Positions 59,880 through 64,000 of a DNA stretch of 64,000 bases are shown one piece after another (the stretch's first letter is position 1; each line of letters starts with the position of its first letter). This DNA comes from a bacterium (lineage in GTDB: Bacteria; Armatimonadota; UBA5829). The translations under genes and the position numbers were made by a program. Below the pieces are notes generated by a model, which saw only the letters and a program-made list of their open reading frames with translations, was not told the DNA's origin and ran no database searches. The stretch covers positions 87,268 to 151,267 of the forward strand of contig JAJFVF010000019.1 in assembly GCA_021371935.1 (NCBI GenBank). The letters are read 5' to 3'.

Positions 59880-61193
59880 TTGGGTGGCATCATATCTTAT
59901 ATCGAGCCGGGCAGCATAGCCGAGGACCTGGGCTGGCGTCCGGGTGATGATATAGTCAGCATCAACGACCACAACCTAAGCGATGTCATAGACTTCAGGT
60001 TCTATTGCGCGGATGAGTTTCTTTCAATCGTAATAAAGCGCAATGGCCGCCATATACGGTTCGATATCGAAAAAGACGAAGATTTGCCGCTCGGGGTCGA
60101 GTTCGAGGATATACTCTTCGACGGCGTTCGGACATGCGGCGCGCACTGCATATTTTGTTTCGTCGAGCAGCTTCCCAAGGGTCTGCGGAAGTCACTCTAT
60201 CTCAAGGACGATGACTACAGACTTTCGTTTCTGGACGGTAACTTCGTGACACTCGCCAATGTGACCGAAGTCGACCTGGACCGGATAATCACCCAGCGCC
60301 TGACACCTCTTTATGTTTCCGTGCATGCGACAGAGCCTGGCCTTCGCGGGATGATGCTTGGCAGAGATATACCCGATATACTTCACCAGATAGACAGACT
60401 CTCTGAGGGTCACATCACGCTCAACACACAGATAGTCCTCTGTCGCGGGATAAATGACGGGGATCATCTCGACCGCACGATAGCTGACCTGTCCAGCCGC
60501 TATCCCACAGTCTCATCAATCGCAATAGTGCCCGCTGGTATCAGCAAACACCGCATACATCCAGTGCCTATACCGCCGATAGATGCACAATATTCAACTG
60601 TAATCCTGAACAAAGTCAAACAGTGGCAGCACAAGTTTATGCAAGATAATGGTACAAGATTGATCTGGGCGGCTGATGAGTTTTATTTGAGCGCCGGACG
60701 GTCTGTTCCAAGCGCGAGCAAATATGAAGGCTTCCCGCAAATAGAAAATGGCGTCGGACTGGTGCGTAAATTCAAGGACAGCGCTGCGCGTGCAAAACGA
60801 ATCTTGCCGACGAGCCTGCCACAGCCTCTGCGTGTTTCGATTGTCACTGGTATATCTGCGTATTCGGTAGTGAGCACATGGGCAGACTCACTCAAGTGCT
60901 CGAATCTCAGCATTCAGGTTTATCCAATAACAAACCATCTTTTCGGCGATACTGTGACAGTCACGGGTCTCATCTCTGGCAAAGACATCATATCGCAGCT
61001 TAAGGGCAAAGACCTTGGCGATATGCTGCTTGTGCCGTCAGTCTCTCTGCGTGACGGCACATTCCTTGATGATGTGACTCTTGCCGACCTGCAAAGCGAA
61101 CTCGGTTTACCTGTGGAGCAAATTGAACCTAGACCCTACCAGCTTGTTCGTCGTATAATAGACCTCACAACAAGTTTTCGGGGGACGAATTGA
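59880..61193 (+). CDS. DUF512-type radical-SAM-like protein with N-terminal PDZ domain
   Basis: CGAHCIFC (CxxxCxxC) cluster after an N-terminal PDZ-like GSIAEDLGWRPGDDIVSIN. TTG start. Confidence 0.6.
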   Translation: MGGIISYIEPGSIAEDLGWRPGDDIVSINDHNLSDVIDFRFYCADEFLSIVIKRNGRHIRFDIEKDEDLPLGVEFEDILFDGVRTCGAHCIFCFVEQLPKGLRKSLYLKDDDYRLSFLDGNFVTLANVTEVDLDRIITQRLTPLYVSVHATEPGLRGMMLGRDIPDILHQIDRLSEGHITLNTQIVLCRGINDGDHLDRTIADLSSRYPTVSSIAIVPAGISKHRIHPVPIPPIDAQYSTVILNKVKQWQHKFMQDNGTRLIWAADEFYLSAGRSVPSASKYEGFPQIENGVGLVRKFKDSAARAKRILPTSLPQPLRVSIVTGISAYSVVSTWADSLKCSNLSIQVYPITNHLFGDTVTVTGLISGKDIISQLKGKDLGDMLLVPSVSLRDGTFLDDVTLADLQSELGLPVEQIEPRPYQLVRRIIDLTTSFRGTN

Positions 61194-61933
61194 GCAGAAA
61201 TACGGCTAACAGCGGTCGGGTTTTACTTCTATTTCTGGCAATGGTGTGCGCCGGGTTATTTCTCGCGCATGCGCTGGGGATATTAGCCAAGCCTGCGCGA
61301 TTGGCAGACAAGCTGGGTGCCGATTATGCCATCTGCGATCTTTCGAGCGGTAAATTCACGGTTTCACCGGAAATCGCATCTACTGCCGACCGCACCGAGT
61401 CGTTCGAGTCTATGGTCAAGCGCCTGAAGCCGTATGCAGCCATCTGTGGCACATATTATGATGAAAACAACCGCCCTCTCGGTGACATCGTCTCCAACGG
61501 CAAAGTCATATGCAGGGGCTGTCAGAGACAGGGTATAGGCTTCACTTCGTCCGGCAAGATCAGGTTTTTTGAGAGGAAGGGCCGGTCGCGTATCGACTGG
61601 CGCGGATGCACCTCGGGCATAGCATGCGGTCCCAGGCTAGTGCGGTCCGGTAAGAGGGATATAGATGTGAAGCGCGACGGTTTCAGCTCAGCCGCTGCGA
61701 CCAACAAGGCCTGGCGATGCGCAGTTGGTGCCACGAAAGACGGCAAGCTGATACTCTGCGCCATATCGCAGAGTGTGACTCTGTCCACATTGGCCGATGT
61801 GATGATCGAGCTGGGCGCACATGACGCGATCAACATGGACGGCGGGAGTATGTGCGCATTATATGTAAACGGCAAATACTGTGTGCAGCCGGCAAAGTCA
61901 ATGAGCAACATCCTTGCTGTCTATAAACGGTGA
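61190..61933 (+). CDS. Phosphodiester-glycosidase-like (NAGPA/DUF2233) family protein with N-terminal TM anchor
   Basis: TM helix, then a conserved ICGTYYD...NMDGGSM pattern. TTG start with GGGGGA Shine-Dalgarno. Confidence 0.5.
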   Translation: MSRNTANSGRVLLLFLAMVCAGLFLAHALGILAKPARLADKLGADYAICDLSSGKFTVSPEIASTADRTESFESMVKRLKPYAAICGTYYDENNRPLGDIVSNGKVICRGCQRQGIGFTSSGKIRFFERKGRSRIDWRGCTSGIACGPRLVRSGKRDIDVKRDGFSSAAATNKAWRCAVGATKDGKLILCAISQSVTLSTLADVMIELGAHDAINMDGGSMCALYVNGKYCVQPAKSMSNILAVYKR

Positions 61934-62215
61934 TGACAATGTTTCCTGATCCTGATCGTCCGGGGATTTCTGCCTCGGACGGGTTTTGCGAGGGGCATTC
62001 TTGCCCCGGCGTTTTGCACAGGGCAGCCTTTGATTGCGCGCGATATCTGGTCGTGTGCGAAACAGAATCTCGGTATTTCAAATTCCTGATTGCCGATCCT
62101 GCTGCCAGATCGTTCGAGTGACTCTTGCTTCGGACAGACAGCCGACCCGACAAAAAGGGAGACACAGATAACCTCCATGTCTCCCGCATATTCAGTGTTT
62201 ACGTATTAACCGTAT

Positions 62216-62404
62216 CTACCAGCGGTCGCCGACACGCTCTCTTGAGAAGCCGCGGTCTGACTTCTGTGCCTTACGGGCGTCGCGGCACGTCTTGCAGCGA
62301 ATCGGCTCGCTGAAGCCGCGCGACTGGAAGAACTCTTGCTCTCCTGCGGTGAACGTAAAGCTCTCTCCGCAATCCTTGCAGATCAGTTCTTTATCCTGGG
62401 CCAC
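62216..62404 (-). CDS. Small zinc-ribbon protein (62 aa)
   Basis: CKDCGESF...CKTCRD, two CxxC pairs. Confidence 0.55.
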   Translation of the reverse strand: MAQDKELICKDCGESFTFTAGEQEFFQSRGFSEPIRCKTCRDARKAQKSDRGFSRERVGDRW

Positions 62405-62723
62405 TTGTTTATCCCCCTACAGACTTGTGAAATTGCACTTCTGGAAATAATTTGGACCTTTGAATAGGGGTTAAGGGTTCAGCTTACCTTTGCCGATTCT
62501 TTTGTCCGGTTCGCAAGTCAAATCGACCATTGCCCGCGAACAGCAGAAGCCATATGTGATTATACCTCAAGGAGTGCATTTTCAAAAGCAATATTGAGCT
62601 AAATCACAAAAAAAGAATTGGAGGAGCGAGAAGTATTCATGCCGAATGACAAAAGTAGGGAATAAATTGCAGGGGGCAGTGTTATATTTGGGCAACCTGC
62701 ACGTCTCAGTATTTGGGGACGCA

Positions 62724-63119
62724 ATGACTGAGCATATCACAAACGTAGAGCAGGGGATCGTTCTGTTCAAGGAAGGCAACTTCGAGCAGGCGGTCGGCAT
62801 TTTGGAGGATGCTTCTCGAAGATTTCCGGGAAGCTATGAGGCCTTCGTGTACCTGGGCGCGGCATATGCTCAGCAGGGTCGTCACAATGCAGCGATAGGT
62901 GCCTTGAAACGCGCCTCTGAGATCAAACCCGATTCTCCACGCATCCACTACAATCTCGGCCAGGCATATGAGGCTGCGGGAGTGCCTCGTGAGGCATGGT
63001 TTGAGTATAAGAAGGCTCTTGAGCTTGACCCCAAGTATGGTCTTGCGCGTGGTGCGCTAATCAACCTATCACAGCGTCTTCCCAGGCTGCTCGGTTCCAC
63101 CATTGAAGTAGCGGCATAA
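62724..63119 (+). CDS. TPR repeat protein
   Basis: Three TPR units (AYAQQG, YNLGQAYE, ALELDP). Start taken at the internal Met; upstream Met codons are possible. Confidence 0.5.
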   Translation: MTEHITNVEQGIVLFKEGNFEQAVGILEDASRRFPGSYEAFVYLGAAYAQQGRHNAAIGALKRASEIKPDSPRIHYNLGQAYEAAGVPREAWFEYKKALELDPKYGLARGALINLSQRLPRLLGSTIEVAA

Positions 63120-63641
63120 TCCTCATTTGCATTGCGAGCGATTATTTTGTCACAAATTTACCAGCGCACTATGCCGTATGGCACGATTTCTGCATTATAA
63201 ATCAGTGCAATGTTGTTGCGCTGACGGCCTTCGGCGAGTTCGGGAGCATATTGCAGGTTTTATGCAAAGCGCCCTGCTCAGGCGTTTTGCAGTTCAAAGC
63301 CCGTTTATTGCGGGCAGCTCACTCCAAAGGGCGGTATATGCCACAACACATTGAGGCGCTCCGGCATGTCTATCCTCAGGATGCCGGGGCGTTTACTATG
63401 TACATCTAACCAGCGCGGCCCCGCTCTGGCATACGGGGCCGCGTCGGAAAGAAAGGAGAGAAAGGGATTTTACTCTCGAAACTGTAGTTACCCCGCACCT
63501 GCGAGTTCAAAACCTGACGGCTGAAAAAGATGTCCAAAGAGTTATTATTTTGCGTCCGGGCGTTCAAATGCGAGTCAAAGAGGAGCATTTATACTGTTAA
63601 TATAATACTGAATATAAGGATAAAGCATACGGAGTGAAAAG

Positions 63642-64000
63642 ATGAAAGCAATCGCAATATGCGGCAGTCCCCGAAAGGACGGCAACACCCAGATACTATT
63701 GTCACGCTGCCTTGCACGGCTTGAGAGAGATGGAATCGATATTGAATTGATACCACTTCGGGGCAAGACGATCAAGCCATGCATTGCTTGTGGAATGTGC
63801 GGCCAGCGCAAAGACGGCACCTGTTCGATCAAGGATGATGATTTTCATGAAATCTTTGGCGCAATGAAGGAGGCTGATATTATTATAGTCGGCTCGCCGG
63901 TCTATTTCGGCTCAGCCACGCCTCAGACAATGGCTCTGCTCGATCGCGCTGGTTATGTTTCCAGGTCAAACGGCAATTATTTCTCACGAAAAATAGGAGG
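63642..64000 (+). CDS. Flavodoxin-like NADPH-dependent FMN reductase / iron-sulfur flavoprotein (3' truncated by window)
   Basis: MKAIAICGSPRKDGNT...IIVGSPVYFGS flavodoxin-fold motifs. GGAGTG Shine-Dalgarno. No stop codon before the window end. Confidence 0.65.
   Translation, partial: MKAIAICGSPRKDGNTQILLSRCLARLERDGIDIELIPLRGKTIKPCIACGMCGQRKDGTCSIKDDDFHEIFGAMKEADIIIVGSPVYFGSATPQTMALLDRAGYVSRSNGNYFSRKIG

Noticed and set aside
63127-63354. 75-aa ORF in the spacer before the flavodoxin-like gene
   Set aside because: No RBS and no recognisable features. The region contains a 9-bp hairpin (GCGGCCCCG...CGGGGCCGC) and is more likely non-coding.

Overview
This 64 kb window is bacterial chromosomal DNA, gene-dense on both strands, mixing core genes with an accessory-looking stretch. 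Coordinates follow the supplied ORF track, where ends include the stop codon; coordinates I read off the sequence lines for RNA genes, repeats and motifs may be off by 1-2 nt.

Core content:
- Housekeeping genes: recJ, relA/spoT (rel), dtd, rimI-tsaD, queC, an exbB-exbD-tonB energy-transduction set, fabH, amt, ispH, tRNA-Leu(CAG) and tRNA-Ala(GGC).
- A long branched-chain amino-acid super-operon: ilvD-ilvB-ilvN-ilvC-leuA-leuC-leuD-leuB-cimA. A probable T-box leader precedes it, and several unrelated genes are inserted within it.
- A family-B DNA polymerase sits at the window start.
- Two tandem secreted WG-repeat proteins.
- A prepilin-type pseudopilin-like gene in a short minus-strand operon, a PEP-CTERM protein, and pilT.

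Most notable candidate: a translationally coupled minus-strand operon (37067-42102). It encodes a dCMP-deaminase-family enzyme, a HAD phosphatase, a ParB/Srx-like protein, a 2-domain thymidylate-synthase-fold protein with the catalytic Cys motif, an RNase-H-like (PolB-exo/YprB-type) exonuclease and a GNAT-like protein. I read it as a candidate uncharacterised pyrimidine-nucleotide or DNA-modification module.

The window is also full of small palindromic repeat families:
- an approximately 75-80 bp double-hairpin element in 4 copies;
- a GC-rich hairpin GTCGGGGGYATTCYTGCCCCCGAC;
- a GGGAGGGCGAGGCTCCTGCCGAGCC motif;
- an AT-rich post-stop motif;
- a REP-associated tyrosine transposase (RAYT) gene flanked by inverted REP hairpins and 30 bp direct repeats, inserted inside the ilv-leu operon;
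- a ~230 bp segmental duplication of a gene 3' end that brackets the PEP-CTERM gene and one double-hairpin element.

No CRISPR array or rRNA was seen. The pilin/PEP-CTERM/WG-repeat content suggests a PVC- or Armatimonadota-like lineage, but that is inference only.
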